Source: Pseudomonadota bacterium (lineage in GTDB: Bacteria; Pseudomonadota; Gammaproteobacteria; Burkholderiales; Thiobacillaceae). Taken from it: 64,000 bases of DNA. Location of the stretch: contig JBFMCW010000001.1 in assembly GCA_040754275.1 (NCBI GenBank), positions 37,025 to 101,024 on the forward strand. Direction: 5' to 3'. A program made the translations under genes and the position numbers. Position 1 is the first letter of the stretch; every line of letters begins with the position of its first letter. The notes below the pieces were generated by a model that had not been told where the DNA came from, ran no database searches, and saw only the letters and a list, made by a program, of their open reading frames with translations. Of this stretch, positions 43,820 through 52,184 are shown piece after piece.

Positions 43820-43846
43820 TTAGCACTCTTATATCGCGAGTGCTAA
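43820..43846. promoter_or_regulatory. CIRCE element (HrcA operator) upstream of rpoH
   Basis: Perfect TTAGCACTC-N9-GAGTGCTAA, 28 nt before the rpoH ATG. Confidence 0.95.
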
Positions 43847-43874
43847 AATTAGATTTAAAGGGGGTAATAGAAGC

Positions 43875-44720
43875 ATGAATCAAGCGATGACTTTGCCCGT
43901 TCCGGCAGCCTACAGTCTGGATAGCTATATCCAGACCGTCAACCGTTATCCGCTGCTTTCCCTGGAAGAGGAACAACGCCTCGCGCGCGACTGGCGCGAC
44001 AAGCAGGATGTGGATGCCGCCCGCCAGCTGGTGCTGTCGCACCTCCGTGTGGTCGTCAGCGTGGCACGTCACTATCTCGGTTATGGCCTGCCGCATGCCG
44101 ACCTGATCCAGGAAGGCAACGTGGGATTGATGAAGGCGGTGAAACGCTTCGATCCCGAGCGGGGTGTGCGGTTGGTGTCGTTCGCGCTGCACTGGATCCG
44201 CGCAGAAATCCATGAATACGTGCTGAAGAACTGGCGTCTTGTGAAGGTTGCCACGACCAAAGCCCAGCGCAAGCTGTTTTTCAATCTGCGCAGCCTCAAG
44301 CAATCCCTGAATGCGCTCACGCTGAAGGAAGCCGACGCTGTAGCCAAGGAACTCAACGTGTCGCGCGAGGAAGTTCTGGAAATGGAAACGCGGCTGTCTG
44401 GCCACGATGTTTCCATCGATCCCGCGCTCGAAGACGGCGAGGAAAGTTACAGCCCCATCGCCTACCTGGCGAGCCCGGACGAAAATCCGGCACAGAAGCT
44501 GGAGCGCGAGCAAAGCGAGCAGTTGCGCCATAGCGGCCTTGCAGCTGCTCTGGAAAATCTGGACGAACGCAGCCGGCACATCATCAAGGCGCGCTGGCTG
44601 ACCGAAGGTGAGGTGGCGACGCTGCACGAGCTGGCCGCGGAATATGGCGTGTCGGCGGAACGCATCCGCCAGATCGAAGCACGTGCACTGCAGAAAATGC
44701 GTGCCGCGATTCCCGCCTGA
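43875..44720 (+). CDS. rpoH: RNA polymerase heat-shock sigma factor sigma32
   Basis: ADLIQEGNVGLMKAVKRFDP, RpoH box QRKLFFNLR, SAERIRQIE. Confidence 0.99.
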   Translation: MNQAMTLPVPAAYSLDSYIQTVNRYPLLSLEEEQRLARDWRDKQDVDAARQLVLSHLRVVVSVARHYLGYGLPHADLIQEGNVGLMKAVKRFDPERGVRLVSFALHWIRAEIHEYVLKNWRLVKVATTKAQRKLFFNLRSLKQSLNALTLKEADAVAKELNVSREEVLEMETRLSGHDVSIDPALEDGEESYSPIAYLASPDENPAQKLEREQSEQLRHSGLAAALENLDERSRHIIKARWLTEGEVATLHELAAEYGVSAERIRQIEARALQKMRAAIPA

Positions 44721-44739
44721 ACCCGGACGCTCGCCCAAA

Positions 44740-44770
44740 GCAAAAAGCCCCGCTTCGCGGGGCTTTTTGC
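44740..44770. terminator. Bidirectional intrinsic terminator between rpoH and the cbb3 cluster
   Basis: GCAAAAAGCCCCGC-TTC-GCGGGGCTTTTTGC perfect inverted repeat between convergent genes. Confidence 0.92.
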
Positions 44771-44786
44771 TTGAATCCGTGACACT

Positions 44787-44894
44787 TCAAAAAAGGGAGC
44801 CAATCAGGACCGAGAGAATGCTGATCCAGGACCAGATGATCAAAGCGACAACGACGACCATGGGGAAACCCTGGAAGGTCAGTAACTGTTTCAT
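44787..44894 (-). CDS. Unannotated 35-aa hydrophobic small protein
   Basis: ATG with GGAG RBS 6 nt upstream; MKQLLTFQGFPMVVVVALIIWSWISILSVLIGSLF; fills the gap between ccoS and the terminator. Confidence 0.65.
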   Translation of the reverse strand: MKQLLTFQGFPMVVVVALIIWSWISILSVLIGSLF

Positions 44895-44927
44895 GCTGTT
44901 CTCCAAAGAATGTCGAAGAATTTTAAT

Positions 44928-45113
44928 TCAATCGTCGTCCCCGCTCAAGCGACGTGAGGGCAGGCGCGGATCGTCGTCGTCCATCAGGATGCGCTCGGCC
45001 GGCCCTTCGAGGTCGTCGAACTGGCCATTGCGGATCGACCAGAACACCCCCGCCGCAATCAGCAGGACGAACACGCCGGAAAGAATGAACAGAAAGGTCA
45101 GAACCCCGCTCAT
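44928..45113 (-). CDS. ccoS: cbb3-type oxidase assembly protein CcoS/FixS
   Basis: Start at ATG 45113; TM helix then WSIRNGQFDDLEGPAERILMDDD. Confidence 0.92.
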   Translation of the reverse strand: MSGVLTFLFILSGVFVLLIAAGVFWSIRNGQFDDLEGPAERILMDDDDPRLPSRRLSGDDD

Positions 45114-45880
45114 GGCAGATTGACCTCGTGCGTGCTGTGATAGCGCACGGCGGCGTTCTGCCTGAGCCGGATCTCGACCAGCCAGCGCCCGCCTGCCGGC
45201 AGGACCAAGGCGCCCTGGTAGACGCCTGATTCGGTGCGCGCCAGCGTGAGCGTCCGCTCCGGCACCAAGGCCCCGGGGCGCCGGACTTCGAGTACAGCCT
45301 GGGCATCTCCGACCGGCAGGCCGGTGCGATCCCGCACCCGGATACGGATTGGCAGAGTCGTCCCAGTCGCGTCCAGCCCCTTGGTCTCGACCTGCCAACC
45401 GAGCAGGCCTTCGCGATGCGCTTCGGACAGTTCGGAGGACACGGCCTTGGCCGCGCCCCGCCCGTGTGCCACGACACCCGAAAACCCGCTGTAGACCCGT
45501 CCTCCATCGCCCCCCAGCCACCAGCGCCCCAAAGGTTCCGGCAGCCCGGAAGTCGCGATATACAGCAGGATGCCGTTCAGCACGGCGAGCCCTACGAAGA
45601 AGCTGATCAGCAGCTTGGGCACCCAGTGCATGCGTCCTCCACGGCGACGCAGTTGCGAACTCGCGAACAGCACCAATGCTGCAGCAAGGAATACCGAGAT
45701 ATGGATCGCCGCGACGTCGAGCCCCGGCCAGCGCCCGATGGTAAGAATGAAATACGCCGCCAGAGGAATCAGGCCTGCCAGCGCAGCGCGCAGCATGAGC
45801 GGCATGCTGCGGACCAGACCGCCCAGCCCGTACAGCACCAGCACTCCTACAAGACCGCCGAACAAGGTGACGAGCGTCAT
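45110..45880 (-). CDS. ccoH: FixH/CcoH-family protein with N-terminal multi-TM extension
   Basis: Position between ccoG and ccoS; C-terminal beta-rich domain (GWQV...GVYQG...GRWLVEI); about 85 extra hydrophobic N-terminal residues. Confidence 0.7.
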   Translation of the reverse strand: MTLVTLFGGLVGVLVLYGLGGLVRSMPLMLRAALAGLIPLAAYFILTIGRWPGLDVAAIHISVFLAAALVLFASSQLRRRGGRMHWVPKLLISFFVGLAVLNGILLYIATSGLPEPLGRWWLGGDGGRVYSGFSGVVAHGRGAAKAVSSELSEAHREGLLGWQVETKGLDATGTTLPIRIRVRDRTGLPVGDAQAVLEVRRPGALVPERTLTLARTESGVYQGALVLPAGGRWLVEIRLRQNAAVRYHSTHEVNLP

Positions 45881-47400
45881 GTGCGTTGTCCCGGACTGTC
45901 GAAGCGCACGGCCTCCCTGCGCGTCTCGGCAGGCCTGCCCTTGGGCATGATGATCAGTTCGAACTGTCGCGTGTTTATTGCAGCCTCGGGCGAGAGGCGC
46001 ACGCTGGCCTGGACCAGCCCACTATGACCGGGCTTGACGGTAATCTCCCGGAAATTGCCAAGGTCGAGTGCAGTCTCAGGTATGCCGCGCGCACTGATCT
46101 GGTAGGTCTGCTTCGAGCCCGCCTTGTTGGTGATGCGGATCTGGTAGCGGTTGCGGATATCGCCGTTGGACAGCACCACGTACAGAGGCTGGCGAATCTG
46201 GTTCACCGCCCGGTCGAAACTCCCGCGGGTGGCAATGCTGTATGCAAGGTAGCTGCTCATCAAGAGCAGCGATACACCGTAACCGATGATCTTGAGCCGC
46301 TTCCAGTGCAGCTTCGGAGGCTTGGGCTCGGCCGAGGCCAGGTTCTTCTCGGAATCGTAGCGGATCAGGTTTCGCGGGAAGCCAAAGGAGTCCATGATCG
46401 TGTTGCAGGCATCAATGCACAGGCCGCACGAAATGCATTTGTATTGCAGGCCGTCGCGAATGTCGATCCCGACCGGACAGACCTGGACGCACAGGCCGCA
46501 ATCGACGCAGTCGCCGTAGCCCTTCTCGCGGCGCTCGGCGAGTGCGCGTTCCGCTATCGATAGCGTGATGCGCCGGCGTTCGGTCGCCACGCCCCCTTCC
46601 CCTGCGGTTGCGCGCCGCCGCTCCGTCACGATCCCCCGCCCGGCTCGTACGACCGCGCGCCCCAGCGTGCCGTCACCGCGTTTGACGTCATAGTGGACGG
46701 CAAGGGTTTCGGGTTCGTACATCACGCTCTGGAAGCGCCCGTAGGGGCAGACGTAGGTACATATCTGCTCACGCATCAAACCGGCGGCCACGTACGTCGA
46801 CAGCGTGAGGACGGAAACCGTAATGTACGCTGCAGCGGCAGCCTGCCCGGTGAAAAAATCCATCACGAGTTGCGGTGCATAGGCAAAATAGGCAACGAAA
46901 GTCAGCGCCGTCCAGAACGAGGCCAGCAGCCACAGCGCGTGTGTGGCGCCGATCTTCAATGCCTTTTCGTGATCCCAGGGTTGGCGGTAGAGACGCACGC
47001 GCGCAGGGCGCTCGCCCTGGACCCGATGTTCGATCCAGATGAAGAAATCGGTCCAGAGGGTCTGGAAGCAGAAGTAGCCACAGAACGCGCGCCCGACCAG
47101 CCCCGTGACGAAGAAAAGCAGGATGGCGGCTATGAACAGTAGCAGCGCCAGCCAGATCACATCCTGCGGATAGACCGTCAGGCCGAAGATCAGGAAGCGG
47201 CGTCCTGGCAGGTCGAACAGCACGGCCTGCGATGGCGCATCGAGCCGCGACCAGGGCAGCCACGGCAACAGAAAGTAGACGGCATAGGCCAGCACCAGCA
47301 CCGACGTCTTGAAACGACGAAATGCGCCCTTCACCGAACGCGTGAAAATCGGGATGCGCTTCTGGTAGAGCGCGACTTGGTCTTCTAGGCCTGTCTGCAT
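45877..47400 (-). CDS. ccoG: Cytochrome c oxidase accessory ferredoxin-like protein CcoG/FixG
   Basis: GRAFCGYFCFQT, EQICTYVCPYGRFQS, DCVDCGLCVQVCPVGIDIR, CISCGLCIDAC. Confidence 0.96.
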   Translation of the reverse strand: MQTGLEDQVALYQKRIPIFTRSVKGAFRRFKTSVLVLAYAVYFLLPWLPWSRLDAPSQAVLFDLPGRRFLIFGLTVYPQDVIWLALLLFIAAILLFFVTGLVGRAFCGYFCFQTLWTDFFIWIEHRVQGERPARVRLYRQPWDHEKALKIGATHALWLLASFWTALTFVAYFAYAPQLVMDFFTGQAAAAAYITVSVLTLSTYVAAGLMREQICTYVCPYGRFQSVMYEPETLAVHYDVKRGDGTLGRAVVRAGRGIVTERRRATAGEGGVATERRRITLSIAERALAERREKGYGDCVDCGLCVQVCPVGIDIRDGLQYKCISCGLCIDACNTIMDSFGFPRNLIRYDSEKNLASAEPKPPKLHWKRLKIIGYGVSLLLMSSYLAYSIATRGSFDRAVNQIRQPLYVVLSNGDIRNRYQIRITNKAGSKQTYQISARGIPETALDLGNFREITVKPGHSGLVQASVRLSPEAAINTRQFELIIMPKGRPAETRREAVRFDSPGQRT

Positions 47401-47426
47401 GGTATGCGCATAAAGGGTGCGGGAAG

Positions 47427-47451
47427 CAAAAGCCCCCGAAAACGGGGGCTT
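47427..47451 (-). terminator. Intrinsic terminator between ccoP and ccoG
   Basis: AAGCCCCCG-TTTT-CGGGGGCTT followed by TTGCTT. Confidence 0.75.
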
Positions 47452-47473
47452 CGCACGTCAAATCCGCTCAGGT

Positions 47474-48394
47474 TTACTGCCCGCCACCCAACTCATGAAC
47501 GTAGACCGTGAGAACCTTGATCTGTTCAGGCGACAGGCGGCCTGCCCATGCCGGCATCACACCCTTGTTGAGGCCATTGGCGATCACGCCGCGAATCGCC
47601 GAAAGCTTGCCATCGTCATTCTCGGCGCCGGGCACGTTGGCCCAGAGCCAGATGTTATCGGTTAGGTTCGGGGCACCGATGTCCTTGCGGCCCTTGGCGT
47701 CACCGCCGTGGCAGTAGTAGCAGGCAGCGGTCTCGCTGCGAAACAGCGCGTCGCCCTGCCGGGCCTTGGCTGCCTCGTGGGCGATACCCGCCTTGCTCGC
47801 GACATAGTGGGCAAGTTGATCGATCTGTTCGACGGAGAGTACCTCGCTGAAGGTCGGCATGTAGCCGCGGCGTCCCTCCATCAGGGTCTGGTGGATGGCC
47901 TCGAAGGATCCCCCGTACAGCCAGTCGTCATCGGTCAGGTTGGGAAAGAATTCCACCACGCCCTGACCACCGGCCTGGTGACAGGGCGCACAGTTGTCGG
48001 AGAACAGCGCCTTGCCTGCGGACAGGATGAAGCCGTTCATCTCCGGATCCTTGGCAATCTGCTCGTAGGACATGGAGGAAACCTTGTCGAAATAGGGTTT
48101 CTGCTCGGCAGCAGCGGCATTCATGTTTTCCAGCAGCAGGGCGCGCGTGTTCCAACTGTGCGTCTTGGTCTCGCCTTCGCTGTTGACGTAGGTGATGTCG
48201 GACAGGCCACCAATCCAGCCCTTACCCATCGGCCACGAGGGATAGATGGTCCAGTAGATCAGGGCAAAGACGACGGTCGCGTAGAAGGTGTAGACCCACC
48301 AGACCGGCAACGGATTGTTGTACTCCTGCAGGTCGCCATCCCAGGCATGGCCTGTGGTCTGAACAGTCTGGGATTGTAGTTTTTGATCACTCAT
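47474..48394 (-). CDS. ccoP: cbb3-type cytochrome c oxidase subunit III (diheme)
   Basis: GHAWDGDLQEYNNPLPVWW, CAPCH and CYYCH heme motifs, PNLTDDDWLYGG. Confidence 0.97.
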   Translation of the reverse strand: MSDQKLQSQTVQTTGHAWDGDLQEYNNPLPVWWVYTFYATVVFALIYWTIYPSWPMGKGWIGGLSDITYVNSEGETKTHSWNTRALLLENMNAAAAEQKPYFDKVSSMSYEQIAKDPEMNGFILSAGKALFSDNCAPCHQAGGQGVVEFFPNLTDDDWLYGGSFEAIHQTLMEGRRGYMPTFSEVLSVEQIDQLAHYVASKAGIAHEAAKARQGDALFRSETAACYYCHGGDAKGRKDIGAPNLTDNIWLWANVPGAENDDGKLSAIRGVIANGLNKGVMPAWAGRLSPEQIKVLTVYVHELGGGQ

Positions 48395-48576
48395 TGCTTG
48401 TCCTTCGCGTCCGCCTCGTCGTCAAGAAACGGAAGGTCCCGATACGACTCGAGTTTTCGGCTTCGCTTCTTGCTGCCGTAGACGTAGATCACGATACCGA
48501 TAAAGGTGACGAAAAAAATGACCAGGGCGAGCGGCTTGGTATTCCGGGGTTCAGAAAACCACATCAGCCACTCCAT
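48391..48576 (-). CDS. ccoQ: cbb3-type cytochrome c oxidase subunit IV
   Basis: 61 aa, one TM helix, PFLDD tail; lies between ccoO and ccoP. Confidence 0.9.
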   Translation of the reverse strand: MEWLMWFSEPRNTKPLALVIFFVTFIGIVIYVYGSKKRSRKLESYRDLPFLDDEADAKDKQ

Positions 48577-48597
48577 GTGCCCACCCCGGCTTGTCGG

Positions 48598-49344
48598 TCA
48601 GCGATTGTCGACGAACGCGTCGTCGGCGTACTTGCTGAAATCCACCATGGTGCCCAGTACTTGCAGGTAGGCAACCAGCGCATCCATTTCCGATACGCCG
48701 GAACGGTCGCCATCGTAGTTGCCGAAGTTGGCCTGCTCAACCAGATTCTTCTGGGCATCCGGGATGTGGAGTTGCTTCGCTGCAGCCTCGCCAAACTTGG
48801 CCACGTTGGCGTCAAATTCGGCCTGTGTCGTCGAATAGGGAACCCCGACGGCACGCAGCGCCCGCATCCGATCCGCCACGTCCGAGATGTCGAGCGGAGT
48901 GGACAGCAGCCAGGGATAGTTCGGCATCACCGACTCGGGCACCATCGAACGCGGCGCCACCAGATGCTGCACATGCCATTCGTTGGAGTACTTGCCGCCC
49001 ACGCGCGCCAGATCCGGTCCGGTGCGCTTGGAGCCCCACTGGAAGGGATGGTCATACTGCGACTCGGCCGCCAGCGAGTAGTGGCCGTAGCGCAGCTTTT
49101 CGTCGCGGAAGGGACGGATCATCTGCGAGTGACAGGTGTAGCAACCTTCGCGGATGTAGATGTCGCGACCGCGCTGCTCGAGCGGCGTGTAGGGACGCAC
49201 GCCCTCAACCTTCTCGATCGTCTTGTCGATGAAGAACAGCGGGGCAATCTCCACCAGGCCGCCGACGCTGATCGCGAGCATGGTCAACACCGCCATCAGG
49301 CCGATGTTGGTTTCGATCCATTCGTGTTTGAAGTTGAAGTTCAT
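48598..49344 (-). CDS. ccoO: cbb3-type cytochrome c oxidase subunit II (monoheme)
   Basis: [34 protein letters not shown]. Confidence 0.98.
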   Translation of the reverse strand: MNFNFKHEWIETNIGLMAVLTMLAISVGGLVEIAPLFFIDKTIEKVEGVRPYTPLEQRGRDIYIREGCYTCHSQMIRPFRDEKLRYGHYSLAAESQYDHPFQWGSKRTGPDLARVGGKYSNEWHVQHLVAPRSMVPESVMPNYPWLLSTPLDISDVADRMRALRAVGVPYSTTQAEFDANVAKFGEAAAKQLHIPDAQKNLVEQANFGNYDGDRSGVSEMDALVAYLQVLGTMVDFSKYADDAFVDNR

Positions 49345-49362
49345 CGTACGTCTTTCCGGTTA

Positions 49363-50817
49363 TCAGGCATGCGCCATCTTGGCTGCCAGCTTCGCTTCGA
49401 GCGCAGCCGCCTCACGCCTGCCCTGGCGGATGGTCATGAACATGTTGTACGCCATCAGCACCGCGCCGGAGAGGAAGAACATGCCGCCGATCGCACGCAT
49501 GGCGTAGAAGGGCATCATCGCCGCGACGGATTCGACGAACGAATACTGCAGGTTGCCGAATTCGTCGTAGGCGCGCCACATCAGACCCTGAGTGATGCCG
49601 GAAATCCACATCGCAACGATGTAGAGCACGATGCCGATGGTGGCCAGCCAGAAGTGCCACTCAACCAGCTTGCGGCTCCATATTTTGGTGTCCCAGAGTT
49701 TGGGCATCATGTGGTAAAGCGAGCCGAAGGAGATCATCGCCACCCAGCCCAGGGCACCAGAGTGCACGTGCCCCACCGTCCAGTCGGTATAGTGTGACAG
49801 CGCATTGACTTCCTTCAGCGACATCATCGGGCCTTCGAAAGTCGACATGCCGTAGAAGGACAGGGCCACGATCATGAACCGCATCACCGGGTCGGTGCGC
49901 AGTTTGTCCCAGGCACCCGACAGCGTCATGATGCCGTTGATCATGCCGCCCCAGGACGGCATGAGCAGCAGAATGGAGAAGGCCGCAGCCAGCGACGAAG
50001 TCCAGTCGGGCAATGCGGTCCAGTGCAGATGGTGGCCGCCGACCCACATGTACATGAAACCCAGCGCCCAGAAGTGGACGATGGACAGACGGTAGGAATA
50101 GATCGGGCGACCGGCCTGCTTGGGCACGAAGTAGTACATCATGCCGAGGAAGGCCGCGGTCAGGAAGAAGCCCACAGCGTTGTGGCCATACCACCACTGG
50201 GTCATAGCATCCTGCGTGCCGGCAAACAGGCTGTAAGACTTCATCGAGAACAGGTTGACCGGCATGGCCAGGTTGTTGAAGGTGTGCAGCAGCGCGGTCG
50301 CGAGAATGAAAGCCAGGTAGAACCAGTTCGCCACGTAGATGTGCGGCTGCTTGCGACGCATGATGGTGCCGACGAAGAGGATCAGGTAGGTCACCCAGAC
50401 AACTTCGACCAGCAGGTCGATCGGCCATTCCATCTCGGCGTACTCGCGGCCTTGCGAATAGCCCGCCACATAGGACAGCGCTGCCAGCACGATGACGGTC
50501 TGCCAGCCCCAGAAGGTGAAGCTCGCCATGCCGTCCGAGATCAGGCGGGTCTGGCAGGTACGCTGGACGACGTAATACGACGTGGCGAAGAGCGCTGAAC
50601 CACCAAAGCCGAAGATCACCGCACTGGTGTGAACCGGGCGGAAACGGCCGAAGGAGAAATACGGGCTGTCGAAGTTCAGGAAGGGCCAGGCGAGTTCCGA
50701 GGCAATGTAAACGCCGGCAAACATCCCGACGACCGCCCACACAAGCGCCATGACGGAAAATTTCTTGACGATATCGAAGTTGTACTGCTCAGCCCCGGAA
50801 TAGGTAGTTACCGCCAT
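49363..50817 (-). CDS. ccoN: cbb3-type cytochrome c oxidase subunit I
   Basis: Start reassigned to ATG at 50817; [25 protein letters not shown]. Confidence 0.98.
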   Translation of the reverse strand: MAVTTYSGAEQYNFDIVKKFSVMALVWAVVGMFAGVYIASELAWPFLNFDSPYFSFGRFRPVHTSAVIFGFGGSALFATSYYVVQRTCQTRLISDGMASFTFWGWQTVIVLAALSYVAGYSQGREYAEMEWPIDLLVEVVWVTYLILFVGTIMRRKQPHIYVANWFYLAFILATALLHTFNNLAMPVNLFSMKSYSLFAGTQDAMTQWWYGHNAVGFFLTAAFLGMMYYFVPKQAGRPIYSYRLSIVHFWALGFMYMWVGGHHLHWTALPDWTSSLAAAFSILLLMPSWGGMINGIMTLSGAWDKLRTDPVMRFMIVALSFYGMSTFEGPMMSLKEVNALSHYTDWTVGHVHSGALGWVAMISFGSLYHMMPKLWDTKIWSRKLVEWHFWLATIGIVLYIVAMWISGITQGLMWRAYDEFGNLQYSFVESVAAMMPFYAMRAIGGMFFLSGAVLMAYNMFMTIRQGRREAAALEAKLAAKMAHA

Positions 50818-50907
50818 CGAACACTCCTGTTGCGCCGCAATCGCCCGCCGCCGCTCAACCTGCCACGCACGCCACGAGCAGCATATGCTTATATTAAGAA
50901 CTGCAGG

Positions 50908-50937
50908 ATTATATTCCAGCCCGCGACGGAGCCGCAA
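50908..50937 (-). promoter_or_regulatory. Putative ccoN promoter
   Basis: TTGCGG (50937-50932), 18 nt, TATAAT (50913-50908); a GCGGC-N3-GTCGC motif overlaps the -35. Confidence 0.55.
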
Positions 50938-50950
50938 GCCGGTGCACGGC

Positions 50951-51538
50951 TCAGGATGTCGTGAGCAGGGTTTTCAGGTCCTGCACGATCATGTCCGGCC
51001 CGCTGCCGTAAGGCACCAGCAGGCGCAAGCGTCCCTCGGGATCATAGACATAGGTCCCAGCACTATGGTCGACCAGGTAATCGTCCGGCGCCTTCTCCGC
51101 TGTCTTCTGGTAGACCACCTTGTATTCCTTCGCCAGTTGCCTGAGCGTCTCGTCATCCGTGTACATGCCGAGGAAACGCGGATCGAAGGCCGGAACGAAC
51201 TGCCGGAGCATCTCCGGCGTGTCGCGACGGGGATCGACGGTCACGAAGATCACCTGCACCCGGTCGGCAAGCGGCCCCAGTTCACGGAGTGCAGCCGCAA
51301 AATCCGAGAGCGTGGTCGGGCAGACGTCCGGGCAATGCGTGTAACCGAAGAAGATCGCCACCACCTTTCCCCTGAAATCCGCAAGCGTGCGCACCTGGCC
51401 GTTGTGATCGGTCAACCGGAAATCGCGTGCGAATTCGGCCCCCGTGATGTCGGTTGCCTGGAATACGGGCGGCTGAGAGGCAGGCTGGCAGCCCGCCAGC
51501 GCGAGGACCGCCACCATTGCGGCCAGCAGCCGCTTCAT
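50951..51538 (-). CDS. SCO/SenC-family copper chaperone lipoprotein
   Basis: Start at ATG 51538; lipobox LAGC; [12 protein letters not shown] (CxxxC), DPRRD, VDHSAG. Confidence 0.96.
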   Translation of the reverse strand: MKRLLAAMVAVLALAGCQPASQPPVFQATDITGAEFARDFRLTDHNGQVRTLADFRGKVVAIFFGYTHCPDVCPTTLSDFAAALRELGPLADRVQVIFVTVDPRRDTPEMLRQFVPAFDPRFLGMYTDDETLRQLAKEYKVVYQKTAEKAPDDYLVDHSAGTYVYDPEGRLRLLVPYGSGPDMIVQDLKTLLTTS

Positions 51539-51999
51539 GCCTTGACTTGTTCGAACAGCTGGCCCGGAACATCGGCCAGACGATACTTGCCTGATTCGAC
51601 TGCCTTGGCCAGCTTCTCCAGCGTGGTTTCCTGCAGCAGATCGATGATTTTCTTCTTCACCGGAATCCAGCGGAAATGCAGGGGACACGCCGTCTCGTCG
51701 CTGCATTTCTTAAGACCGAGCAGACAGCTCTGCGTGAACGCCGGCCCCTCGGTCAGGAGCAGGATCTGCATCAGCGTGATCTTGTCGCCCGACTCGCGCA
51801 GACAGAACCCCCCCAGCCTGCCACGGAAGGAAAACAGCAGGTTGCCCTTGGCCAGACTCTGCAGGATTTTGGCGAGATAGGGAGCCGGCACACCCAGCTG
51901 GGCGGCGATATCCTTGTTGAGGACCGGCGTGGCGCTGGGCTGCGTGGCCATGTAGATCAGCGCTTGAACGGCATACTGGCTGGTTCGGGAGAGAATCAT
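51535..51999 (-). CDS. Rrf2-family transcriptional regulator with IscR-like Fe-S ligand set
   Basis: wHTH (SQYAVQAL...YLAKILQSL...GRLGGF) and C-X6-C-X5-C-X2-H. Confidence 0.93.
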   Translation of the reverse strand: MILSRTSQYAVQALIYMATQPSATPVLNKDIAAQLGVPAPYLAKILQSLAKGNLLFSFRGRLGGFCLRESGDKITLMQILLLTEGPAFTQSCLLGLKKCSDETACPLHFRWIPVKKKIIDLLQETTLEKLAKAVESGKYRLADVPGQLFEQVKA

Positions 52000-52151
52000 C
52001 TCGCGCCCCTGTTAACGATCCGAAACGAACCCGCACGAAACAAGCGGGCGGCCCTGGCCGCGTGAGACTATCGAGGCCGCGCCCTGTTTCGGATCAATAA
52101 CGATCGGCCTCGGTGTCGTGGAGAGCGCGTCGAAATCAACCCCCTCCATGA

Positions 52152-52184
52152 CGGACTGGACACAATATAAAACAATCCAGTCCG
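52152..52184. promoter_or_regulatory. Inverted repeat over the putative rrf2 promoter (candidate operator)
   Basis: CGGACTGGA-N15(AT-rich)-TCCAGTCCG; the spacer contains a minus-strand TATATT, with TGGATA 17 nt upstream. Confidence 0.55.

Noticed and set aside
44584-44790. 68-aa minus-strand ORF starting at TTG
   Set aside because: Runs through the terminator into rpoH antisense; the 35-aa ORF at 44787-44894 has the RBS and a coherent TM sequence
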